A stretch of 64,000 bases of DNA. Source: Epithemia pelagica (lineage: Eukaryota > Protista > Bacillariophyta). The stretch spans positions 3,782,001-3,846,000 of the forward strand of contig OX337232.1 of assembly GCA_946965045.2 (NCBI GenBank). The letters are read 5' to 3'. Below are positions 21,275 through 30,199 of this stretch, piece after piece (positions within the stretch are counted from its first letter, which is position 1; each line of letters begins with the position of its first letter). The notes beneath the pieces are model-generated. The model did not search any database. It worked only from the letters and a program-made list of their open reading frames with translations, and was not told the DNA's origin. The position numbers were made by a program, and so were the translations under genes.

Positions 21275-22677
21275 TTAAGGTGCTTGAATCATCTTGTTAT
21301 ACTCACTGATCAACTTACGATCTTCTTCAGAAAGTTTGAACCATAGGTCACGCGGTAGACTAACCTTGGACGAAGAGGATGGAGATTCAGATGTCGCTTT
21401 GGTGTTGTGGACATGATACTCCATATCATCTTGTGAGGTTATGTCAGCATCTGTATCTTGGCCATATAGTGATTCATGTTGTTTGACATGTCGACGGCGA
21501 CTATGAACAGATGACTGGGTTGCTTGATCATGGTCATAAGCTGCGTCTAGAAGGAGACGGAAGTATGATTGATAGCAAAGGGATTTTGCACCGGATTTGG
21601 TGTTCACCACATTATCCAAGATCTTGACTCGGCGGAGATCAGGTACCTTTTCTACAGCTTGCATGAGGAAGGTCATCCTGGTATGATCAGGGATGCAATC
21701 AGACAATGTCACTAGATTGTCTAGCAAACGTAGCTGCTCTTGAAAGTGTAGAAGAAATTGACGTGTTGTTCCGCGCCATGTGTCGTCAAGACGTAGATTG
21801 GAAATGTAGTTGGTTAAACGGAGGACTTCTCGCTTTGCTAGGTCGGATTCGGTATGCAAAGAGTGTAACTTCTGCAATACGGCACGCGCATCTTCATCAT
21901 GTTCATGTTCACGTACATAGGCTCGACCTTGGTCAGTCTGAATGATACGGACAAGAACGGAGTAAAGAAATACTTGTTGCTCTTAAAAAGTTCCTCGGCA
22001 TACTCATCATCATGGGGTGGTGTGTATTTGAAATTCAGAACGTTGGATAGGCCTTGAGCCTTAGCTGTAGTCTTGAATACACGCCAGAATGAATCGTAGT
22101 ATCGTTCATCCTTGAATACCTCATATGCAGTTGCGTCGCGCTTAGTTCCCTTTCTGAATGCTGTAAGGTCTTGTTGAGATTGGGATGCGGCAGTAACTGT
22201 GCTGACAGATTTCACAGATGACGGTGACTTCATTGGCGAGACTGGAACTTGGCTAGATGGTCCCTTAGAGAAATCTGTGTTGATCCTCCAAGTGTTGAAC
22301 TCTTTCCTTGTTAGTTTCATCCAGTCGCTATTGGATAGCTCGTCTTGAATTTCATTGGTCTTGTATATGGCCCAATAAGCCAAGAGCTTGATCTGCTGTC
22401 TTGTGGGGCCTTGTAGATCATGTGTCTGTTTGTTGACCTTGTATTGTGTCAGTTCCTTCATGGATTCCTCGGTATTAGTTTGCATATACGAGATAACATG
22501 GGTAATGTTCTCAAAACCATGGTATTTCATCCACTTCATTAAGTAGTCGGCCCTTTCTTTGGTAAAGAATTGGCAGACAGTAAATATGATGTGGTCGAAT
22601 AGGTCTGTGTTCGAGACATTGTCTTGGTTATCTTCTCCCTTAGGAGTCGTAGGTGTCTTGGGTGATTGAGGATCCAT
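21275..22677 (-). CDS. gag: Copia gag, split by a 1-bp frameshift near 21983; ends in a TAA in frame with pol
   Basis: ORFs 21838..22677 and 21275..21877 join into a gag-like protein (FRKGTKRDATAY...EELF/EQQVFLYSVL...LTNYISNLRLDDTWRG). Confidence 0.8.
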
Positions 22678-22997
22678 GGTGTTATTTGGTTGGTTCGATG
22701 TTTATTTAATGTGCGGTGTGATGTGGTTTATTTAATGTGTGATGTGATGTGAACCCGGATGTACCACGTGTGCCACGTATGTACCACGTATGTGATACCC
22801 GGATGTGTGTTGTGATGTGCGACTCCTGGAAATTTCCGTTGATTCCGACAAATTTTCGCCGAGTTTCAACAAATTTTCGCCGAATTTTCGCGATTTGACG
22901 GGAATGTGTGGCGTGTTGTGCGACCAAGGGTACCCGGATGTGCGTTGAGTTTAAGTCTTGGAAAGCTTTTGAGAGGACGGGAGTTAACTATGAGTAA

Positions 22998-23777
22998 TTA
23001 AGCTTCGGTCTCCGAATCCCCACTCTCTTCCGAATGATCAGAGTCGTTTCCAGGCTCAGATGGGGCAGCACAAGCAACAGGAGAAGGGGTATCACCTTCA
23101 GCCAGGTGATTCTCGACCTCGGTACGCAAAGGGAAGATAGTTGCACGATGGTCCTCGATGGTATGGACCTCGTGGATGTAGGCAACGTAGTTATCTAGGC
23201 GTACAACGTTAGGAGGCAGAGGGCAAGTCGTCGCGTTCACGACGTGGATGGTATTGTAGTATCCAGTTGGGCGCTCGAAGGTTAGGAAGCGGAGGTGGAC
23301 AGTACGGATGGGGTTGCCCGAGAGGGCGGCCAAGATGAGGCGACGCCTCGGAGAACGATGAAGTTGGTCGTTCAGACGGTCAATGTCTTCTTGGTCGACG
23401 ATGTGGGTCACCGATTGGAACTGGCGTTCGATCTGGGTCTCCCCACGGATGATCTCGGGATCGAAGGTCGAACAAGTTGGTTGACGGAAGTACTTGATAT
23501 GATCAGCAATCAACCGGGTGGTACGACGGGATCGAGAAGGGACGAGCCGACGAGGCGGACTCGGGGGCCGAAGCAACGGCGCAGGGATCGGAGCGTGAGG
23601 CTGGGTTGGAGTCTCGAATGGGTTGCTGTTAGAACTGTCGACGGAGATGTTGACCGATGTGTTGGCTGCCTTCGGCGTCGGCACCAGTTCCTGCTGCACC
23701 AGGGTATCGGGCTGCCCGGGATGCAGGTTGGCTCGATAGATCTGTCGTACAGGAGTGATAAGCTCGTTAGTATCCAT
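22998..23777 (-). CDS. Extra sense ORF between PBS and gag (259 aa, unknown)
   Basis: ATG-started ORF beginning ~25 bp after the PBS; no recognisable domain. Confidence 0.5.
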   Translation of the reverse strand: MDTNELITPVRQIYRANLHPGQPDTLVQQELVPTPKAANTSVNISVDSSNSNPFETPTQPHAPIPAPLLRPPSPPRRLVPSRSRRTTRLIADHIKYFRQPTCSTFDPEIIRGETQIERQFQSVTHIVDQEDIDRLNDQLHRSPRRRLILAALSGNPIRTVHLRFLTFERPTGYYNTIHVVNATTCPLPPNVVRLDNYVAYIHEVHTIEDHRATIFPLRTEVENHLAEGDTPSPVACAAPSEPGNDSDHSEESGDSETEA

Positions 23778-23802
23778 GAAACCACAAGGAAATAAGCTTT
23801 GA

Positions 23803-23813
23803 GACTGTTAATC
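23803..23813 (-). other. Primer-binding site GATTAACAGTC, complementary to the anticodon arm of tRNA-Asn(GUU)
   Basis: Directly follows the 5' LTR. Its reverse complement GACTGTTAATC is the pos. 30-40 anticodon stem-loop pattern of eukaryotic tRNA-Asn. No TGG start as expected for 3'-CCA priming. Confidence 0.7.
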
Positions 23814-24596
23814 TGTTACAATTCTTTCTGAATCGTAGGGACATTGATGCTCGGTAGAGCAGACAATCAGGTAGGTCACCAACCGATACAAGCTTCTCAG
23901 GGTCAGAGAAGCAAGCAAGTCGAAGTCTATCAGAAGGATAGTCGGGACACAAAAGAAGATGTGATAAATGGTGATATTGTTAGATTGTGTGTTGATTACT
24001 ACGATAGGTCTACGTGAAATGTTCGGTCCTGCCAAGGGTCATGTGTCATGGGTTCTTGGCGGCAACAGGTTTGGAATAGTTGGAGTCGATTCATGTGATG
24101 TATATGACATGTATATGTGGACGGATAACATATACAGGGTCAACAGCTCTTGCTTTGGGTTGGCATAGTTGTTTTCATGGCGCGCAGCTTGTTGACAATT
24201 TGGAGATTGTGGGAATGGAAATATGGTCTCGCGTGATCGTGTGTCGTGCTTGGGATACTTAGACCGTTGGGTCGGATAGATGCCGACAGCGCTCGGATGT
24301 CGCTTGGGCGCGCTCGATGATTTCGGGCGCGTACGCTTAGGGCGTTAGTATAATGTCCGAGCAACGGCCAAATTTACGTCCGTTGTAATACCGCACGACC
24401 CAGTTTAGTCTTGAGAGTGAGTTCGTCAATCTATTCTCACTTTTCATGATTTGCGAAGAAATATAGGTCGATATAGCGCGAAGCTAGGGAACATAGCTCG
24501 AAGCTAGATGGCATGATGCGATAGCACGAGGCTATGTGACATGGGGAATCGATGAGATGTAGAATCTAACCACCATAGACGGTGAGAATTCTAACA
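23814..24596 (-). repeat. 5' LTR
   Basis: 783 bp, near-identical to 16215-16997. Confidence 0.97.
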
Positions 24597-24777
24597 CAGG
24601 TCGTGATTGTTGTGTTCGGAAACGAAAAGAATGTGAAGCCGAGTCGAGTTCTCCTTTCTTGTTGTGTTTTCTTTCTTGAGCCCCTTCTGGGCTCAACAAA
24701 GTCGTAAGCATTGGGACGTGCGACCAGCACTGAGAGAACAGAGCAGCAAGTACCGTGTTTGATTGTTGTTTTTAACC

Positions 24778-25362
24778 ATGGCCCAATCATCCAAAGACGG
24801 GTGGATCGACTGGAGAAAGTCCGAAAGTCGATCCATCTTGTTGCTGGACTTGGAAAGCGGCGTTCTTCCACTTGATATCACAGCCCAGGAAGCTTGGGAG
24901 ATCTACGCCTTGGAACCTGTGTTTATTGTTGAGGGTGTGGTCTTTGACCAATTCAAGGCCCGACTCGCAGGCCACCGGAAACAGGTGCGACGCGACCATG
25001 CTCAGCGTCAGCACGAAGAAGCGGCTCTCGTCCACGACCGTCAGTTGTATCCGCGTGCCTTCGTCAACCATCGTGCGGAACCAGTCTTCGACATGTCCGA
25101 AGCAAAGACTTTTTTGGAGCAAGATGTCGAATGTGGGAAGCCGCAGACGATGACAATGTCGGCGCTGTACCATTCGCGGCAGGCCTACCTCAAGTTTCGA
25201 CCAGACATCTTTCGACAACGCGTCTATCAAGAACAGCGTCGCCAGAAGTTTCTCGTGTACCTGGAGCAGAAACGAGTCCTCAAGGAAGAAGCTGCAGAGA
25301 AAAGGAGAAAGAAGGTCAGAGAAAAAGCGAGACAGACAAAAGAGAAAAGTGAAACAACTTAA
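24778..25362 (+). CDS. Transposon accessory ORF (194 aa, helical, two internally similar W/D-x-S-x-(A/S)-K/R...L-x-x-D...G units)
   Basis: ATG at 24778; stop ~28 bp before the right TIR. Confidence 0.65.
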   Translation: MAQSSKDGWIDWRKSESRSILLLDLESGVLPLDITAQEAWEIYALEPVFIVEGVVFDQFKARLAGHRKQVRRDHAQRQHEEAALVHDRQLYPRAFVNHRAEPVFDMSEAKTFLEQDVECGKPQTMTMSALYHSRQAYLKFRPDIFRQRVYQEQRRQKFLVYLEQKRVLKEEAAEKRRKKVREKARQTKEKSETT

Positions 25363-25389
25363 CGTCCTGACTGGCCGATGACTCCGTAG

Positions 25390-26143
25390 AACATTAACCC
25401 ATAGTAGCAGTTGTTTGATTGTTGCGTCGTTTGTGTTGTTGCGTCGTTTGTGGATTTGTGGATTTGTGGATTTGTGGATTTGTGGATTTGTGGATTTGTG
25501 GATTTGTGGATTTGTGGATTTGTGGATTTGTGGATTTGTGGATTTGTGGATTTGTGGATTTGTGGATTTGTGGATTTGTGGATTTGTGGATTTGTGGATT
25601 TGTGGATTTGTGGATTTGTGGATTTGTGGATTTGTGGATTTGTGGATTTGTGGATTTGTGGATTCGTCCAGACAAGGCTGTCGAAACAACCAGTCTGAAC
25701 CGCCATTTCCACCGTACCGTCGGCCATGGTCAACTTGCACGATGCACGACGATCGAGAAAAGAACACATAATCATTCATCATGTCAAACTCATCATGTTG
25801 CACATGGCGAAGAAATTTCGTGCCATGTGCTATGCAGTCAACTGTGACTGCATGCGATGCATTCGGGACTAATTTTTGGGGGGCTTTGGGGGAGCAGCAG
25901 AAAAACAATTCTACTTAGAATTTTCTATTTGTCTATTTAGGAACATGGCACGCTCAACAATTATCAACAATTGACAACATTTATCCACATCGCTCAACTC
26001 CGCATTGGGGGTATTGTAGTATAACGTCTTATAACGGTCTTAATAAGTAGAGCTATACAACAAAAAGTCTATACGACATCGTAGTTTGTGGAAGTTTGTC
26101 TATATTTGTATGTGGTCCACAAAAAATACCGAGTATCCCAGGC
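25390..26143 (-). repeat. Right terminal inverted repeat (~754 bp)
   Basis: Reverse complement of 11984-12680. Confidence 0.9.
25447..25662 (+). repeat. (TTTGTGGA)27 octamer array in the right TIR
   Basis: Perfect 8-bp tandem repeat, 216 bp; inverse of the left array. Confidence 0.95.
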
Positions 26144-26669
26144 ATTTAAGATTCAACAATTCCCAATTTTTGAACCCACGACACCATGGAGCATCTTCTT
26201 GTTGTGTCTCTCATTCTATTGTACTGCAATCGTAGAATTGGAACGAATGTCAATCGAAACAAACAAGGCGCATCCATTCGGTACTTGCATCTCTGAACTA
26301 GAGGTCCTTCTTCTTCTTCTTCTTCTTCTTCTTCTTTGGATGACGCGCCAGCAGGACAGCTGTAAATTTTGGTACATGGCGCAGCCCCATCGCCGAATGA
26401 CGACGCCGACGACGACAAGGACAACTCTTCACTATTCTTGCTCTCTTTGGAACTGTCCAGTGCAGCCTCCCCCACAAACCAACCACCAACAACGCGCATC
26501 CCCAAAACAATTCGAACAAGAAGGAACGTCCTGTCGTCGTGCAGACGTTTGCACCACGGCGTAACCCAAAAAAGGAAGCAGTGTGTTTTTTCACAATGAT
26601 TGATCGTATCATTATTCTCTCTCCTGGCGTACTAGCACACTCTGGGGCAAATCCCCGAACCGCAGTGTT

Positions 26670-26862
26670 AGTAAGACTACTTCACGGTGATTCATTCCTT
26701 TAGAGGAGGGTCGCCCGGCGCGAAGGGTAGAATGACGAGAAGGGCATATGTTCGAGGAGGGCGCATGCCCGACAAGACATATGCCCGTCGAGTCATTCTC
26801 CCGACAAGCCGGGCGCCCGACGAGGAAGGAATGAGAAATCACAGGGGAGTAATCTGCTTACT
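26670..26862 (+). ncRNA. Candidate structured RNA (or ssDNA element): rod-like hairpin with four repeated internal-loop modules
   Basis: Nested complementary arms: AGTAAG/CTTACT, GTGAT/ATCAC, TCATTCCTT/AAGGAATGA, GGG(T)CGCCCGGC/GCCGGGCGCCC, GGG(T)AGAATGAC/GTCATTCTCCC, GGGCATATGT/ACATATGCCC, GGGC/GCCC. Transcription is not shown by the sequence. Confidence 0.45.
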
Positions 26863-27581
26863 TTATATCTAGATATGTAGGTAGTGACTACCGCCCGGTT
26901 ATATTATGAGATGGGATGTCGCAGGGACATAATGTTCCTTTCGCGGTTCACCCATGATATCGCGCGATTCGCACGATCACTACTTCCCGGCTCTACAATA
27001 AAATTCTACTGTAAAATAAAAATGTGAGACGAACTACCTGCATAGCTAGGTATATAGTTAGTGTTGTGTTGCCCGCCTCTCTCATTGTCTGTCGCCTGTT
27101 GTGGTGATGGGGATGGTCCGGCGGAGGTTCGGCATCGGTCGCACAAAAAAAGAGAGGACACCTCCGGTCGCACACACCCAGGAGCGCCGGTCGCATCACA
27201 ACCACATCACCGGTCGCACCAAAACAAACCCGGATCTTCGAAAAGGATGCAGTGACATTCAAGAGAGATCCATCCATGCAGCAACCATCATGACCATAAT
27301 ACGGAGATATACTCGAGGAACGAGAGCGTCGTATCCTCTGGGGATGTGGTCGTTGTCTGGACCAGCATTCAAAACTCTTGGAACCAGTCCTCTGTCGTCG
27401 TCGAGAGAAGGAGAACGAGTGAGAAGGAACCAAGTGGCTCACAACATTCGAAATCGAAACCAACACCCAAATGGCAGTTGGGTGGTTCGGCCGTGCTCTT
27501 CTCGGGTTCTTCCGGACGGAGCAAGACGAGGAAGAGGACAATCATCCATCCCTATGTCACGTCCATGACAATAAAAACAAC

Positions 27582-30044
27582 ATGAATGACCAAGGGACCC
27601 TCCTCGCAGGCTCGTTTGTGGTGGATGGTTCGATTTGGGATGGACCGACGACGACTCGTGTTTTGTGTGGTTGGCGTGTCGTCGTATGGGTGTTCTGCTT
27701 CGTACTAATCCTCGCACTGGTGCTGACCACTCTCTTATGGATGTGCATGACCCGGCAACGTCGCTACTTGTCGCGAACTCGTCCTCTGGCCGAGATTCCC
27801 TACGTGGTACCACATGCACCCCATGCGTTGTTGGGACATTTGCCCTACTTGGGGCAAGCCCACAATGTCGTGGACGGACAAGCCCGGGTCGTCCGTGACG
27901 GTGCCAGTGGGGGACCCTTGGGCCTTGTCACGTTTTGGACGGTGCACACACCGACCGTGTCCGTCTTGGACGCTCGGACCATGCGTCGCTGGCTGTGTCA
28001 AAGCAGTGCCCGCTATCCCAGTCCGTTGCAAGCTCGGCATTTGCAACGCCTCGTGGGACCGTCGTCCGTCCTCTTGCACAATGGCGTGGCGTGGAAATGG
28101 CATCGGACCGTGATGCAGCAACATTCCTTTGTCGTATCGCCGTCGTCAGTGTCATCACCACAATCATCAGCATCGCAACAAGAACAACCACACGAGTCGG
28201 TCTTGGATGAGGCCTGTCGGACCTTTGCCCAAGCCTTGGTGGGAACCATGGTCCAAGAACAGCAAATGGCAACGGCAACACGACAGGAACAAGAAGAGGA
28301 CAACCAACCCGCAGGTTGGACCACGAATGCCTTGTCCATTGCTCGTCGGGCCACACTCCATGTCTTTGGACTGGCCGTCTTGGGCCATGATTTTCAGTGC
28401 TGTTGTCATTGTCGGGACGATGAGGACTCGTCGTCGTCGAGCACCTCCAGCACCACAAACCACAACAACAGCAACCCAACCAAGTGGCGCTTGGCACTGG
28501 ATCGTCCCGTGCCCGTCCTGGACCAAATGGCCCGCTTGCAACAAGAGTATACGCGACGACTCTTTCAATCGTCGTTGGACTGGTCTCGTCCCTGGTTGTA
28601 TCTGGCCGACCAATACTATTACGACTACGACCATAACCATCCCCATGGATGGTCCTCCACGTCCTGGTGGAATTTCTGGGTGGCGGATACCCCCGCCAAT
28701 CGACAACATGCCCAGGATTATCACGACTTGAGACACACCTTGCACGACATTGTGCAAGAACGACAACAACGACTGCAACGACAGCAGCAAGACGAGCACA
28801 CAACGACCAATGACAACCACAAGGACAAGGACAAGGACGACAACCGGACGGATTCCTCCCCTCGTCGCAACAACAATCATCATCGTCAAGTCTGGTTGGA
28901 TCGCCTATTGCTCGAGCAGCAACAAACCAATTCCCACCACAACGACAACACTCCACCCAAGGAACCGCAATCGCACTCGTCTTTTGATTGTGGCATGGAC
29001 TGGAACGACGCGGCCGCCGTAGCCGATTGGTTGGTGACAATCTTGTTTGGTGGTTATGATACCACCGCCTTGGCCGTCGGGTATACCTTGTACTTGTTGG
29101 CGCAGTTTCCCGCGCATCAAGAGCACTGTGCCCACGAAGCCGACCGAGTTCTTTCGTCTGGATCATTGTCCCACGACTCGTGGCACCAATTTCCATACAT
29201 TACGGCCTGCCTCTGGGAAGCCTTGCGATTGTATCCACCGGCCACTGTCACGGCTCGCAGTTTGGAACGACCCGTGACAGTGGATTTGACCCAGGAAGAC
29301 GACAATGATGATTGGAATCAGGAGGGGGAGGAGGAACCAGTGACCACGACAAGAACAAGAACCACAACAGCAAGGAGAGTGGACGACCAGTCCGACCCAC
29401 ATTCACCATCCAAACCAACCACAACCACCACAAAAACCAACAACAACAAACGAATCGTCACCTTGCCTCCCCAGACGCGCATCTTGTGTTCCTTTTATTG
29501 GATTCATCGCGACGGGCGAAACTTTGCCCGACCCTTGGAATTTTTGCCCCAACGATGGGTGCAACAACGACGAACCCAATCACACGAGCCATGTCACAAC
29601 ACCACAAGGGGCGACCACAGCCACACGACAAATCCGACGACGACGAGCAATTCTAGTATTTGGGAACCACGCACGGCAGACCCGGATCACAACCAGGACA
29701 ATTCGGTTCCGCGGGGCGATGTTCGAAATCACTTGGCCTTTTCAGCCGGGGGACGCAATTGTGTCGGACAAGGCTTGGCCCTCGACATGATTCCCCGTCT
29801 GTTGGCTCACGTGTTGCAATCGGTGCAAGTGGAAGCCTGTAGTGGTGGTGCGACGGGTTCCTGTAGCACGGACGACCAGGACGACCACACCGCGAGTCGG
29901 AGTCGTCCGAGTAAGGAGGAGGAGCCTGCATCCTCCTCCTCCTGCGTGGCCCCGGAATTGACCTTGGTCCGATATGGACTCAATGCCGTGCCCAAGGATG
30001 GAATTCCTCTCGTGTTTCGGTTGCGAAAACGACAAGGACAATGA
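27582..30044 (+). CDS. Cytochrome P450 with low-complexity loop insertions
   Basis: N-terminal TM anchor, P-rich hinge (PYVVPHAPH), I-helix LFGGYDTTA, K-helix EALR, PERF-like FLPQRW, heme motif FSAGGRNCVG. Confidence 0.92.
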   Translation: MNDQGTLLAGSFVVDGSIWDGPTTTRVLCGWRVVVWVFCFVLILALVLTTLLWMCMTRQRRYLSRTRPLAEIPYVVPHAPHALLGHLPYLGQAHNVVDGQARVVRDGASGGPLGLVTFWTVHTPTVSVLDARTMRRWLCQSSARYPSPLQARHLQRLVGPSSVLLHNGVAWKWHRTVMQQHSFVVSPSSVSSPQSSASQQEQPHESVLDEACRTFAQALVGTMVQEQQMATATRQEQEEDNQPAGWTTNALSIARRATLHVFGLAVLGHDFQCCCHCRDDEDSSSSSTSSTTNHNNSNPTKWRLALDRPVPVLDQMARLQQEYTRRLFQSSLDWSRPWLYLADQYYYDYDHNHPHGWSSTSWWNFWVADTPANRQHAQDYHDLRHTLHDIVQERQQRLQRQQQDEHTTTNDNHKDKDKDDNRTDSSPRRNNNHHRQVWLDRLLLEQQQTNSHHNDNTPPKEPQSHSSFDCGMDWNDAAAVADWLVTILFGGYDTTALAVGYTLYLLAQFPAHQEHCAHEADRVLSSGSLSHDSWHQFPYITACLWEALRLYPPATVTARSLERPVTVDLTQEDDNDDWNQEGEEEPVTTTRTRTTTARRVDDQSDPHSPSKPTTTTTKTNNNKRIVTLPPQTRILCSFYWIHRDGRNFARPLEFLPQRWVQQRRTQSHEPCHNTTRGDHSHTTNPTTTSNSSIWEPRTADPDHNQDNSVPRGDVRNHLAFSAGGRNCVGQGLALDMIPRLLAHVLQSVQVEACSGGATGSCSTDDQDDHTASRSRPSKEEEPASSSSCVAPELTLVRYGLNAVPKDGIPLVFRLRKRQGQ

Positions 30045-30199
30045 CGCAATTCCGGGGGAAACGAGACAGAGTTGTTTCTCGATTCTATCGTAAGAACGAG
30101 AGGAGACACACACACATCACGGTTTGTTTTGGTATTTGGCTGGTATCCATGAAAAAGAGAAAGGCCCGATTCTTCTTCCAGACTACCTACCTAGTTCAG

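Larger units (their letters stand above)
16215..24596 (-). mobile_element. Ty1/Copia LTR retrotransposon (diatom CoDi-like), nested in the DNA transposon
   Basis: TG...CA LTRs of 783 bp, 5-bp TSD CAGGT (16210-16214 and 24597-24601), domain order PR-IN-RT-RH, PPT and PBS present. Confidence 0.97.
11984..26143. mobile_element. PIF/Harbinger-like (PHIS) DNA transposon with long TIRs and four ORFs (~5.8 kb excluding the nested Copia)
   Basis: Long inverted repeats at both ends (GCCTGGGATACTCGGTA... / ...TACCGAGTATCCCAGGC) enclose a DDE_Tnp_4-type transposase and three accessory ORFs. Possible 3-bp TTT TSD if the terminal base is mismatched. Confidence 0.85.

Noticed and set aside
21975-21995. 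Programmed -1 frameshift at the gag break (and at ~18965 in pol)
   Set aside because: No in-frame X-XXY-YYZ slippery heptamer, and both breaks fall inside conserved domains. Single-base deletions are the simpler explanation.
25980-25990. Perfect DnaA box TTATCCACA in the TIR
   Set aside because: Chance 9-mer related to the TCCACA repeat word; no bacterial origin context.
26641-26700. Resemblance to RNase MRP CR-I (GGGGCAAATCCCCGAACC) and to the U3 snoRNA 5' end (AAGACTACTT...GATTCA)
   Set aside because: No convincing MRP CR-V/P4 partner outside the rod, and no U3 boxes B, C or D. The region folds as an unbranched rod unlike either RNA. An Rfam search would settle it.
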